Positions 24,213-34,969 of a DNA stretch of 64,000 nt are shown in pieces. Within the stretch, counting starts at the first letter, position 1. Each line of letters opens with the position of its first letter. The DNA comes from Azolla caroliniana (taxonomy: Eukaryota; Plantae; Polypodiophyta): the NCBI GenBank assembly GCA_043228905.1, contig JBHGNT010000005.1, positions 5,022,001-5,086,000 on the forward strand. Reading direction: 5' to 3'. The translations under genes were made by a program, and so were the position numbers. The notes under the pieces are model-generated. The model had not been told where the DNA came from, did not search any database, and saw only the letters and a list, made by a program, of their open reading frames with translations.

Positions 24213-27200
24213 ACCACAGCAAACATTACACTTTGCAAAATATGTTAATTGTGACAATTTTGGGGAAACATTATTAAGGGGACTTGAGGGAGCAACTATG
24301 CAACTTTTGCCAGTGTCTGATGTGATGGGGCGGAGGCAGGTGGTTGTTGCTTTAGACTCTAACATTCTTCCAAATTGTGGATATACATATATTCATGAAG
24401 ATGGATTATCGGAAGGCCAAGTATTGGCTAAAGCTCATCATCATTATAGAATGATACGTGATGCGATACCCTTATCAGGTTCAATAAACGGTGAGCAAGA
24501 TGGCAATGAGGTCACTCTAGAGCCATTAATGAAAAACAGGAAACTGGCATCACAACAACCTAAATTTTCCTAAATGCGAGTAATGTCATGGAATGTTCAA
24601 GGGTTAGGAGGCCCCTTATATAGACGATACAAATATCGTCTCCGTCAAGAAATCAACAAATGCATAGTGGGTGGACCCCTAGATTTTCTTTTAATACAAG
24701 AACATCATCTAAATACTTTTAGAATTTCTCGGTACGGTTCCATTCTACCTGGGAATTGGGACATGTTTTGGTCTCCCGCAATAGGCAACACGGAAGTCCG
24801 AGGAGGGGTGTGTATGGCTATTTCACAAAGATGGATATCATCCATTATTCAAAAACAAGTGGTTATTCCAGGAAGGGCTCAATTTGTTATTATCCAAGAG
24901 GAAGAGACTACATGGGGACTTTTAAATATATATGCTCCCAATACTGCAACGGCGCGGCAACAATTTTGGAAAGATTTATTAAATAAATTGCCGTCTCTTG
25001 ATCATTGGTGTATTGCTGGTGATTTTAATATGCTTGAGGATCCCATCGATAGAATGGGAGGTAGCTCAATCACGATACATGGTCATGAGCTAACAATGTG
25101 GGAACAATTGGTGTTTTCCTTACAAATGTTAGACGCTTGGCATGCGCCTTCCATGGTTCGTACAAACACCTCACTTTTGTTTTCAACATCAGATAGGCGA
25201 GTAAATGGTACTAATCTAGCTCGCTTGGATAGATTTTATTTATCTGGCAAATTTATTTCAGCAACGGGTACCGTGCATATAATGCCAGGAACTACCTTTT
25301 CTGATCATGCTCCAATTATTCTTTCACTCTCGACTCAAAAGAATAAAGAATTTGTCAATCTGAAGATTCCTGAAGAGCTGTTGTTAGACAATAATTTCTC
25401 ATCACAGGTGATTGATTTATGGTCGCAAAAAGATGTTGGGCAAGAATCAATGACTATGCGGGTAGCTAATGGCCTACAAAGAATTTCAGAATTTTTCAGG
25501 TGTAAATCTAAGGAAAGGTTTGCTATGATGAAAGAAAGGGAGAAAAGGTCTCGTGCTTCTCTTGTTTCCTTGCAACGGTTACAAGAACGTTACCCACACT
25601 GTACTTGGATTGCCGAGAAACTTGGGTCAACAAAACAAGAACTAGCTGAACTATTAGAAAAGCGTGCAGAATTTCAATATCATCGTAGGGCAGCTAATTC
25701 GACCCAAGTGGGTGACAAATGTACAGTTGAATTTTTTCATTCAAAGAGACCTAATTATAATGCGGTTTCAATCAAACAACTACAACATGAGAATGGGACC
25801 ATCTCATCTGATTCTCAAGTAATGAGAGAAATAGCCACAAGATACTATTCTAACCTACTATCAGCTGTTTCTTTCTCTGATGAAGAATTAGTATGTCGGT
25901 CACATGTATGGAATAAGTTGAAGTCAAGAATAACAGAGGATATGAATGCAAGTCTTCAAGATGTTCTTACATGTCATGAATTAACTGAAGCACTTCATGC
26001 TTTGCCTAAAAATTGTTGTCCAGGTGTGGATGGTCTAACCCCAACATTTTTTATTAAATATTGGGACGTATTCAAAGCAGATTTATGCACAGCATTTCAG
26101 CAAATTCTTCGAGAGGGTAGGATGCCTTCTCAGTTTACAGAAGGATTGATTTATCTTATTCCTAAATCAGACGGTCCTTCACTCGACATCAAGAAATGGC
26201 GGCCGATTACACTACTAAATACAGTGTATAAAATTTTGGCTAAAGCAATTAGTATATGACTCAGTACCATAATGCCTACAGTTATACATCCGACTCAAAC
26301 AGGATTCATTCGAGAAAGAAGTATTTTGGATAATGTGTACACATTTTGGGAATCTGTGGCCTTGGCAACTAAATCTAATCAAAAGTTGGTTGTTCTTATG
26401 CTTGATTTTGAGAAAGCATATGATCGTGTTGACTGGGAATTTTTACAAGGGGTATTGATTCGCTTTGGATTTTCAAAAGAATGGATAAAAGGTATTTCCT
26501 CATTATATAATGCTGCACAAAGCCGAGTCTTGTTGGCTGGAGATTATGGCCCTTTGTTTTATATTTCTCGGTCAGTTCGTCAGGGTTGTCCACTGGCTCC
26601 CTTTCTATTCCTGTTTTTTGCTGAGGCAATGATTTCTTTTTTGAATGTTGCTGATATTGGTATACGTGGACTATGCACTCCACTCTCACATATAGAAGTA
26701 AGGGATGCTGAATTTGCAGATGACACTGCCCTATACTTAAAAGGTGATTTGGAAAATTTGGAAAAAACAGAAGTGGCCATATCCACATTCTGTAAGGCTT
26801 CAGGTGCATTGGTTAATTGGAACAAGTCCTTTGCATTTTGGGTGGGAGATGTAAATACTCCGTTATGGAACCCACACCCGCAATTTCGATGGATACCATC
26901 AGGTTGCCCAGTTCGGTACCTAGGATGTACTATAGGTGTTGATCTTTCGATGGAAAATCAAGTGGCTCCCCTCTTATTGTCTTTGAGGCAAAAACTGTTA
27001 TTATGGAGTTCAGCTAAGTTGTCTTTTGTTGGTAGGGTTATAGTTGCCAATCAGGTGTTATTGGCGTCAACATGGTATGTTTTGTCATGTTGGATATTCT
27101 CCAAGTCATGTATTCTGAAAATACGCAGATTGATTCGTAATTTTCTATGGTCTGGCAAATCGGAAGGAAATGCTCGGTCTAAAGTAAAATGGGATGTTAT

Positions 27201-28981
27201 TACCTTACCTCGCTCTAAAGGAGGACTAGGTATTATTGATCCAGTAGACCAATCAAGAGCACTATTAAGTAAGTTGCTCATTAGAGGATTTACGCCGGGG
27301 AAAGAGATATGGAAAATACTATTACTCGACCGCTATTCAGACTGCTTTCCTCGATTAGGTGCCCCTTGGTCTAAGGATGTAAACTGGATATTTAGGGAAA
27401 ATTTCAGAGTACCTGCAGCTAACAAGTGGGAAGACAGGTTTATTAGAACAGTATTTTCGGCATGGAAACAAGTATTACCTGGTTTGCTTCGCAATAAACC
27501 TAAGCCCAATCATTATATTGAGTATATTAGACAAAGGATAGTTTGGAATCCGTTGTTTACAACATCAGATGGTTCGCTGTTGGGTTCTAGACAATGGTTA
27601 TCATGGGGAAAAATGGCAGAAGGTCCTGCAAAAACTGTTCAGACATGGCAACGTTTTTTATCAAGGTCATGGGAAGAACAAAAAGAAATCCTAGGTAGTA
27701 TGCATGGGGGACAAATAATGTACCAACAAATTCAAGAGGCTATGAGTAGATTTCCTATTCCACCCAATAACTCTAATCACAGATGGGTTGGGGTCTTTTC
27801 AAGATTGGAAGTACTCTTGGCTGTTAAAGGATATTCAGATGATAAGACCTACCGATCCTTTGAGGTGGATGAAGCAAACCAATTGACACAATCCGGGGAA
27901 ATGAGGATAGATTACCCTTATGCTATGGAACACAAGATAAGAATCATCGGATATGCTGACCGGAAATGGTACATTGACCCAATGATTGGGGAAATAAAGG
28001 CACATTGGAAGTTGTGGGTGTTGGCTAAAATACCGGTTTTCAGATTAGAATGGGACCCAATGGATTATCAGTGGACAGACCCTTTTACGGGTAACAAATT
28101 TAATTTTTTCCAATATTCTGTACAGTTAGGAAGACATGTGCTTTCAGATATAAGAGATGTGACACCGGCTGCTTTTCAATTTTGGAATCAACAAGGTATT
28201 ACTCCCCAATTCCTGGCAAATTTTTGGGTAGTGTTATGGGCTAGAAAACAGCCACACCAAATATTGCATGTACAGTGGTTGCTTGTACATCGAGCCTTGC
28301 CAGTTGGCACCTGGTTGCATAGGATGGGAGTAGAATCTACTTGCGCACAATGTCGTTTACAAATGGAAACTCACAAACATTGCTTATGGGAATGTATTGA
28401 GTCTCAATTGATATGGCAACGTCTCCTTAGAATTTTTGCTAATTATTTCTCCCCGTTGGTTTTCACTTGGGGTATGGTGGTTTGGACATCTCTTGTCCGT
28501 GATGTATTTCATTATGATAACGAATCAATGGACCATGGATTTTGCACTAAATTTGGAAGAGTACATAAAGTACCATTGTTGTCACTACAGTTTACAGGAA
28601 TACGAAAGGAAGTCCAACCAGTATGGGAGATATTGAGTAGTACCACTATATATCATATTTGGAAGACTAGGTGCTCTCTTATTTTCCAACAACTGAAAAC
28701 ACCACCGGCCGAATTGGTCTCAAATATTTGGTTAGACATAGTGCATACTTTGAAGGGCCAATGGGATGGTATTATTGGTGACTCTGATGCTAAGATTGCT
28801 CAACGGCATGAGTTTATCACTATATGGAAACCTTCTCCATTCATGACAGCCAACTGTGGTACTCCTTATTGGCATTATCAACCTCCGAAATGGTTGTTTC
28901 CCCCCCCAATTACATAGAACTTTGAATCTTGTAAAATGACTATACTAATGACAGGATATCTTTATAAAAAAAAAAAAAAAA
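24213..28981 (+). mobile_element. 5'-truncated L1-clade LINE with poly(A) tail and ~12-bp TSD
   Basis: TSD aaataggtacat at 24201-24212 and 28979-28990. Poly(A) spans 28966-28981. An ORF1 tail and a complete ORF2 lie inside. Confidence 0.93.
24574..28917 (+). pseudogene. LINE ORF2 (APE endonuclease, reverse transcriptase, zinc finger) with one in-frame stop
   Basis: SWNVQGL, GDFN, RLDRFY, SDHAP (endonuclease); WRPITLLN, LDFEKAYDRV, VRQGCPLAP, FADD (RT); CAQC...HCLWEC. A single TGA at 26257-26259 separates two ORFs in the same frame. Confidence 0.93.
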
Positions 28982-28990
28982 TAGGTACAT

Positions 28991-29220
28991 GGCAAGGTAA
29001 GGAAGCATAGATGACTGCATACAAGTGGCTCACACACACACATACATACATACACACATACATACATACATACATACATACATAGGTACATACATACATA
29101 CATACATACATACATAGGTACATACATACATACATACATACATACATACATACATACATAGGTACATACCATCATAGCAAGCAAGGTATAGGAAGCATAG
29201 ATGACTGCATACAACTGTGT
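28991..29220 (+). repeat. Minisatellite/(TACA)n mosaic interrupted by the LINE
   Basis: Unit gcaaggtataggaagcatagatgactgcatacaa occurs at ~24117, ~28992 and ~29181, separated by (CA)n/(TACA)n tracts. Confidence 0.8.
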
Positions 29221-29240
29221 AGAAGACAGGTAAAGGATTA

Positions 29241-31442
29241 ATGGAGGAGAGGAAGGAGAGGGTAGATCCAATCTGGGCGCAGACGGGGCCTCCTCCACCA
29301 GGAACAAACTTGGGCGCCCAATGGCTCTCTCGCGTCTCCCGATTCCCTCCCGCTGCCGCTCTCCCCGAATCTCCTCATGTCTTGGATGCCATCTTCTGTC
29401 AGAGTCTCTCCTTTGATCCCTCTCGCTCTCGATCCCATCATCTCTTCTTCAATCTCGTCGTCTCCGACCTCATTGCAGTAAGCTTTCTGTCCTCTTTTGT
29501 TTCTTGCTCTGATCTTTCCTAGAGAAATTAGTTTCTGTTTCTTTTGAAGAAGAATGAGTTTGAGATGGAGAATGGTGCTTTTTGAGTCTGGCATCTTTGG
29601 CCATTTCTACCCACAGATACTATCGTTCGTATATCCTTTTAAATTAGTGTGTACATTGTGTCGGTTTGATTATATGTATTTATGTGTGAGGAGGATACGC
29701 CATGAGGAACATCACTAGATTAAATGATTCCCAGTTTAGACACTCAAAGGGGCTTATTTGTCTGTAGACGGCCATGGTTAAAAGGTGATATTGATGGATC
29801 CAGGTCCCGTGGTGCTCGTGTACTGTGGTTTGGATTAATGTTCTCACCTATGTAAATCAGCCTCGCCACTGGTTGACCACAATCACTGTCACTGTCACAT
29901 GATTTCTGGCATGTGTTGTCTCAATCATCAGTGAAGCTCGATAATCCTAGCTTCCCTGATTAATATGTACCTGCTTTTCTACCTCAAAGCATAATTAGTA
30001 ATTTAAGATTCTAATTCCCCCAATTAATGCGTGCCCATTTTCTGATTAGAAGTATAATTAGCCAATTAACATCAAAATTCTGACCAATTCAGAATTGACA
30101 CTAGTGATTAAATTGTTCTATTTAGTAAAGCTCATTTCCCAATAAATACTTGTATATAATTCTGGTGCTTATTCTCAACTTTCATGTAATTAGGAGCATC
30201 AAATTTGACCAAGCATATTCTGGTGAAAAGTACATGTATTTTTGTAATCTCTGTAACTTATAAGCATATTTCACAGATTTTGCCTGACATTTGTAATGTA
30301 TTTTTTATCTTTTTATTATAAGAAACATAATTTGATCATATTGATGTAACGCTTGAGTTGAACATGAAAGAAGGTTGCATAATGGAGAGATCATTGGTCA
30401 TTTTGATTAAGCTTATGCGTTGCATCATAAGACCCATAAGTGAGAGTGATATGGTTTATTCTGTGAAAGAATATTTGGGCCAATAAAAAGTGGAGTTTGT
30501 GCCTGCAGAAACTATCAATCTTCCAAATTTTGTAAATTTTAATTTCCAAAATTTGTAACCATTGTAGGGCTGAATTCACTATCTCTCAGGTTTGAAGATA
30601 ACAAATGGGATATATAAAATTAGCATGCCCAGTAACTCGCATATAGTTCCAAAGCAAGTTCCCAGTGACATAGCAAATCTACTTGGTAATTCTATGAAGG
30701 AATCAGAAAGCCCAGTGTATTGCGATGTGTTGCTTGATCGAAGGTATATTTCAATCACCACAGACTAAAGTCAACCTGTCATCTCATACAATGAAGGGAT
30801 GCCTCCACTTTTGACATGTTGGCATTTTCATTGGTTTGTGCACATGTGGGTTTCTAGTCATAGTACATTTGTTTCTGTATAATATATTCAGGTATACCAT
30901 ATGATTTCTAGGAATCTGGACAAAATCGTTTGTTTATAATCTAATGGATTTCTATAATTATTCATTATAAATTCTGAAAATGTGAGTATGGCTTTTGTAA
31001 CTGACTTTAATGATTAGATTCGTTTGTTCTTTTTGTTATGTGTTTTGCTGCTGCAGAACAGATATGGGACATTACATGGTGGTGCAATCGGGGCATTAAT
31101 AGAGATTTTGGCATGTTATGCCATTAAAAGTGTGTCCGTAATTAAGGAAGGAACAGTCACCGACATCAATATATCATATATTTCTGGCACACCGATCAAG
31201 GTACGTTATCCTGTATGTTTCCGTGAAGCACCTATGTACGAGAGCTATTTATAGAGTTTGCATTTGGGATTTTGGTTTGTGTATTTGTGCGCGCTCAGGA
31301 GGATGTAGAATTTGAAGTCAAAGTGTTAAAGGTTGACAAGAGCAATGCGGTGGTTTCTGTTGATGGCCGGAACAAGAAATCAGGGAAGGCAGCTCTACAA
31401 GGTCGGGTCACAATGGCCTTTGAACCAACTTCAAAACTATGA
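29241..31442 (+). CDS. Hotdog-fold (PaaI/ACOT13-like) acyl-CoA thioesterase with PTS1, 174 aa, 3 exons
   Basis: Exons 29241-29477, 31057-31200, 31299-31442, all phase 0 and GT-AG. Catalytic motif [10 protein letters not shown]; C-terminus EPTSKL-stop. Confidence 0.88.
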
Positions 31443-32223
31443 ACATAGTAGCTTTACAATCTTGTTGAACAACTCTCAAGTTTATTATCCAAAGTTGTCT
31501 CAAGTATGATAACATGAAGCCCTGTGGATAAGTTTTGGGATATCAATGTCTTTGTTGGCTTGCCATCCTGTATTATTTTTTATCTCTAGTTGTAAATTTG
31601 TATGTCCAATTTAGATGTCAATCATAATATATTAGTAGATTTTTTTTAAACTTCAGAAGTACTTGTGAAAAGTCTAGTTTATTGTGCCTCCTTCGGTTAT
31701 TCTGCAAGTGAATATGACAATGTAGAAGATTTCCATGATTCAAATGTCTGAATCAATGCTAATGCTAACGTTGGAATCACCCTTCTCAAATTGAAGATTA
31801 TGACTACCATGTGAGGATGGTGATTTATTTTCTACCATTTAATGGGAGGGGTCTAACAAAAAGAGGCTGTTTGGGAGTTAAGTTTGTGTGAATGTAGCCA
31901 TACTGCAATACGTGATCCTCACGTACATCAAATGATAATAAATTCTTGATTACAGTATAAACCATCATTTAAATTAATTACCACAGTACAATATCAACTA
32001 CTACTAATATGTATTCTTGAGTACAATATCAACTATTAACCCGCATCTAGGACATCAGAACCTTAACCATGTTCCTTACAGATGAATGAGAGAGAAGCTA
32101 CTTCCTACTGATTCATCCCTATTAAATTACTCATTTTCTCACAGATGACATTTACATCACACAATTGGTAACTTGCTTTGTCCAATTTTGTGGAGAAGCA
32201 TTTAAACATTGCCAAGCGTTAAC

Positions 32224-32430
32224 GATCAGCCAATTGTAAATACAGTATACACTCATAACAATAGCTTACTTCGCATTATATTGAAACATATATTACAATT
32301 GCAAGCATCTTTCTGAAGTGTTGCCAGTGATCAGCCAATTGTAAATACAGTATACACGCATAACAATAGCTTACTTCGCATTATATTGCAACATATATTA
32401 CAATTGCAAGCATCTTTCTGAAGTGTTGAC
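32224..32430 (+). repeat. ~105-bp tandem duplication
   Basis: gatcagccaattgtaaatacagtatacac...tctttctgaagtgttg occurs twice. Confidence 0.9.
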
Positions 32431-32797
32431 AGTGCGAACAACAAATTTGTTTTAGCAGATGGAAAACACATACACAAACATACAGAGATAAATATATGGA
32501 TATAGACAGATAGATATGTGCAAATCTCGAGGGCGTAAAGGGTAAATAAGGACGTGCGGACAAAGGAACCTGTATGGACACTGGCACAGGAACATGCCCC
32601 AAGTTACCTGATGGACATAATACTAGGTGCTATCTACACCTCGTGAGGTACCACGACTATGGTATACCTCCAGAAAACATATATATACTGAAGACAAACA
32701 AATTTTGCATAAGACATTTGGACTTAACCTTCCTTCTTTTCAAAAAAACAGAACACTCATGCGAGCTAGATGGTAGCAAGAAGCAACATTATCTTTC

Positions 32798-34762
32798 TCA
32801 AGCATGGAAGACTACGGACAGACCATGCTCTGCACCTCTGGTCTTCCCAAAATTCACCCTGGAAGCCGCCACTCCGATGAGGGAAGCACCGAAGCACATT
32901 GTCACCGAGATCCGTCTCTTCTTGTCCATCTCTGTGGTCTCCTCTGAAATGTCCACCTCAAACCTGCCTTCCTCCACCACTCCTTCCTCCCCACTAGTGA
33001 ACTTAGGGTTTGGATTCACAGAGCTATACAAGACGATGATCATACTCTTCTGCCCATGTACGGTCGGCCAAAAACAATGTTCGACAGAGTGACCCAATGG
33101 CACTTTAGACCCTTCCCTAACAAAAACATGGAATGTGTCCTTGCACATCAATTCTCCATCATCATCAGTATACAAGAGCTCTTCTGGATCTCCTGCGATA
33201 GCCCACCGATCTGTCCTCGTTCCGTAAGTCCTTTTCGCAATCCTCGACTGTATTATGTCGCTTGCTATGTGAAGGCGCACGGCTCCATCGCATATCGCAC
33301 TCCCTGGGTCCTCTGGCACAATGATCTCATCCACTATCCCTTTGAACTTGCCTATTATGCTCTTCCTCAGGTATGGTGAAGCTGCAAAGCCACCAACCAC
33401 CATCAGTACCCTAACTCCTCGTATCTGCTTCTCGATTAGCCTCACCACCTTCTCCACCTCTGGTTCAAATATCTTGACGAAATCATCGTCTTCCAATCGT
33501 ACTTCGTCATAATCGTCGGTGTTGCGTCCACCGGATCCACATTCGTTGTCGTACTTCTCCCAGGCCTCACTGAGCTTCCGAGGAAGAGACAAATCTGCAC
33601 TGTAGCCGTCACCGTCGAAGCACGTTTTGATGTTCTGCCACCATCCATAGATGGTCATGGCTATGGCTGGATGGCTGTTACAGAACTCCTTGAAGCATCC
33701 GATCTTCTCTGACAGGAAGCTGAAGAAATGGGAGTCCACAAAAGTCCCACCTCCGAGCTCTCCATAGCTCCCCACCACTTCATGCACCTTGAGGCTTTCG
33801 GGGTCGTCATCGGCTTTCTCGTGGAGGACGAGATCAATGGTGCCGCCGCCGACATCGGCGATGAGGAGCTTGTCGCCCTTTCTCAGGTGGACAGTCGCTT
33901 TCACCTTCTCCTGGCAATACACGGACGCAGCCTCAGGCTCAAGGATGATGTCCAGCGGGAAGGGGCTGGCAGGAGCAGAATAATCACATGCAGGGCCTTT
34001 CACCATGCCGGCCTTCTCAGCGCAGGCCTTCATGGCCTGTTTCGCCTTCTCGTCCCATATCGCCGGCACAGTAAGGCACCATTGCACATCATCCATACCC
34101 AAATGCTTGCCATATCGGAGTTGGAGCTCGGAGAGGATGAATCCCGAAATGCAGCGAAGGTAGTCAGCTATGAGGGCCTCCACAGAGAGGCCTGCAGGGG
34201 TAGGGCTCCGATGATGGGCGGGAGGCGGATCGGCGAGGTAGAGCTTGAACTTGGTGGCGAAGAAGCCAGCAAGCGAGGCGGGTTGGGTGCGGACCACGTC
34301 AAGGTTGTCGGAACCGCTTGGGTTGTCCATAACGTTGACATCCCATGGCCTCCATCCATCGTAATCCGGAGGCACCAGTCGATTAGGGTTAGGGTGAGCA
34401 GAAGCCGATGACCTGGAAGCGGCTCGAGCCGAGTCCGTGTAGTGGAGGAGTGCCGACCATCCCCAGGACTTGAGCTGGAAGGCTGGGGTGTGTTGAGCTT
34501 GACCAGGACCCACACCTTGTGGGCCAGGAGGCGTGGCGGTGATGGGCTCGTAGTAGAGGCTGGTCTGCGTCTTGCAGTAGGGCTTGGCCCCCACCTTGCC
34601 CACGCACGGCCAGTCGTAGTGCTTGAACACCTTGTCGGGTTCAGCGGTGCGTGCATAGGCGAACCCCGAGAACGTGGTGCCGAAGTCGAGGGCCGCGACA
34701 ATGCGAGCTCCTCCTCCCCTTCCCCCAGATGATGATGAAGAGTATTGTGATGAGGAAGACAT
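32798..34762 (-). CDS. Atypical Hsp70 (HSPA12-like actin-fold ATPase), intronless, 654 aa
   Basis: IVAALDFGTTFSGFAY, WCLTVPAIW, ILEPEAASVYC, IADVGGGTIDL, GGGTFVD and VVGGFAASPYL are the HSPA12-type variants of the Hsp70 motifs. No EEVD terminus. Confidence 0.9.
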   Translation of the reverse strand: MSSSSQYSSSSSGGRGGGARIVAALDFGTTFSGFAYARTAEPDKVFKHYDWPCVGKVGAKPYCKTQTSLYYEPITATPPGPQGVGPGQAQHTPAFQLKSWGWSALLHYTDSARAASRSSASAHPNPNRLVPPDYDGWRPWDVNVMDNPSGSDNLDVVRTQPASLAGFFATKFKLYLADPPPAHHRSPTPAGLSVEALIADYLRCISGFILSELQLRYGKHLGMDDVQWCLTVPAIWDEKAKQAMKACAEKAGMVKGPACDYSAPASPFPLDIILEPEAASVYCQEKVKATVHLRKGDKLLIADVGGGTIDLVLHEKADDDPESLKVHEVVGSYGELGGGTFVDSHFFSFLSEKIGCFKEFCNSHPAIAMTIYGWWQNIKTCFDGDGYSADLSLPRKLSEAWEKYDNECGSGGRNTDDYDEVRLEDDDFVKIFEPEVEKVVRLIEKQIRGVRVLMVVGGFAASPYLRKSIIGKFKGIVDEIIVPEDPGSAICDGAVRLHIASDIIQSRIAKRTYGTRTDRWAIAGDPEELLYTDDDGELMCKDTFHVFVREGSKVPLGHSVEHCFWPTVHGQKSMIIVLYSSVNPNPKFTSGEEGVVEEGRFEVDISEETTEMDKKRRISVTMCFGASLIGVAASRVNFGKTRGAEHGLSVVFHA

Positions 34763-34944
34763 TTGTCAACGATTTTTTGGCTCTCTGAATTCTAATGACT
34801 CAGAAACTCCTTCCTTGCAACTTGCAATGCAATGCGATTGATGGCTCTCTTTCTCTCTGTGTGTGTGATAATGTGAGTTGTTTGGGTTTTTGTAGGGCGG
34901 TGTGGTCGTGAAACGAATCGATAAAGATTTGGGCATCTTGACGT

Positions 34945-34969
34945 GGGGGGGGGGGGGGGGGGGGGGGGG
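34945..34969 (+). repeat. G25 homopolymer
   Basis: Uninterrupted G run ~180 bp upstream of the HSPA12-like start codon. Confidence 0.9.

Noticed and set aside
29630-29640. ATATCCTTT U12-type donor motif in thioesterase intron 1
   Set aside because: Not at an exon boundary, and the GT-AG model already gives a complete protein.
32574-34732. Alternative-frame and antisense ORFs over the HSPA12-like gene
   Set aside because: Shadow ORFs of a GC-rich coding sequence.
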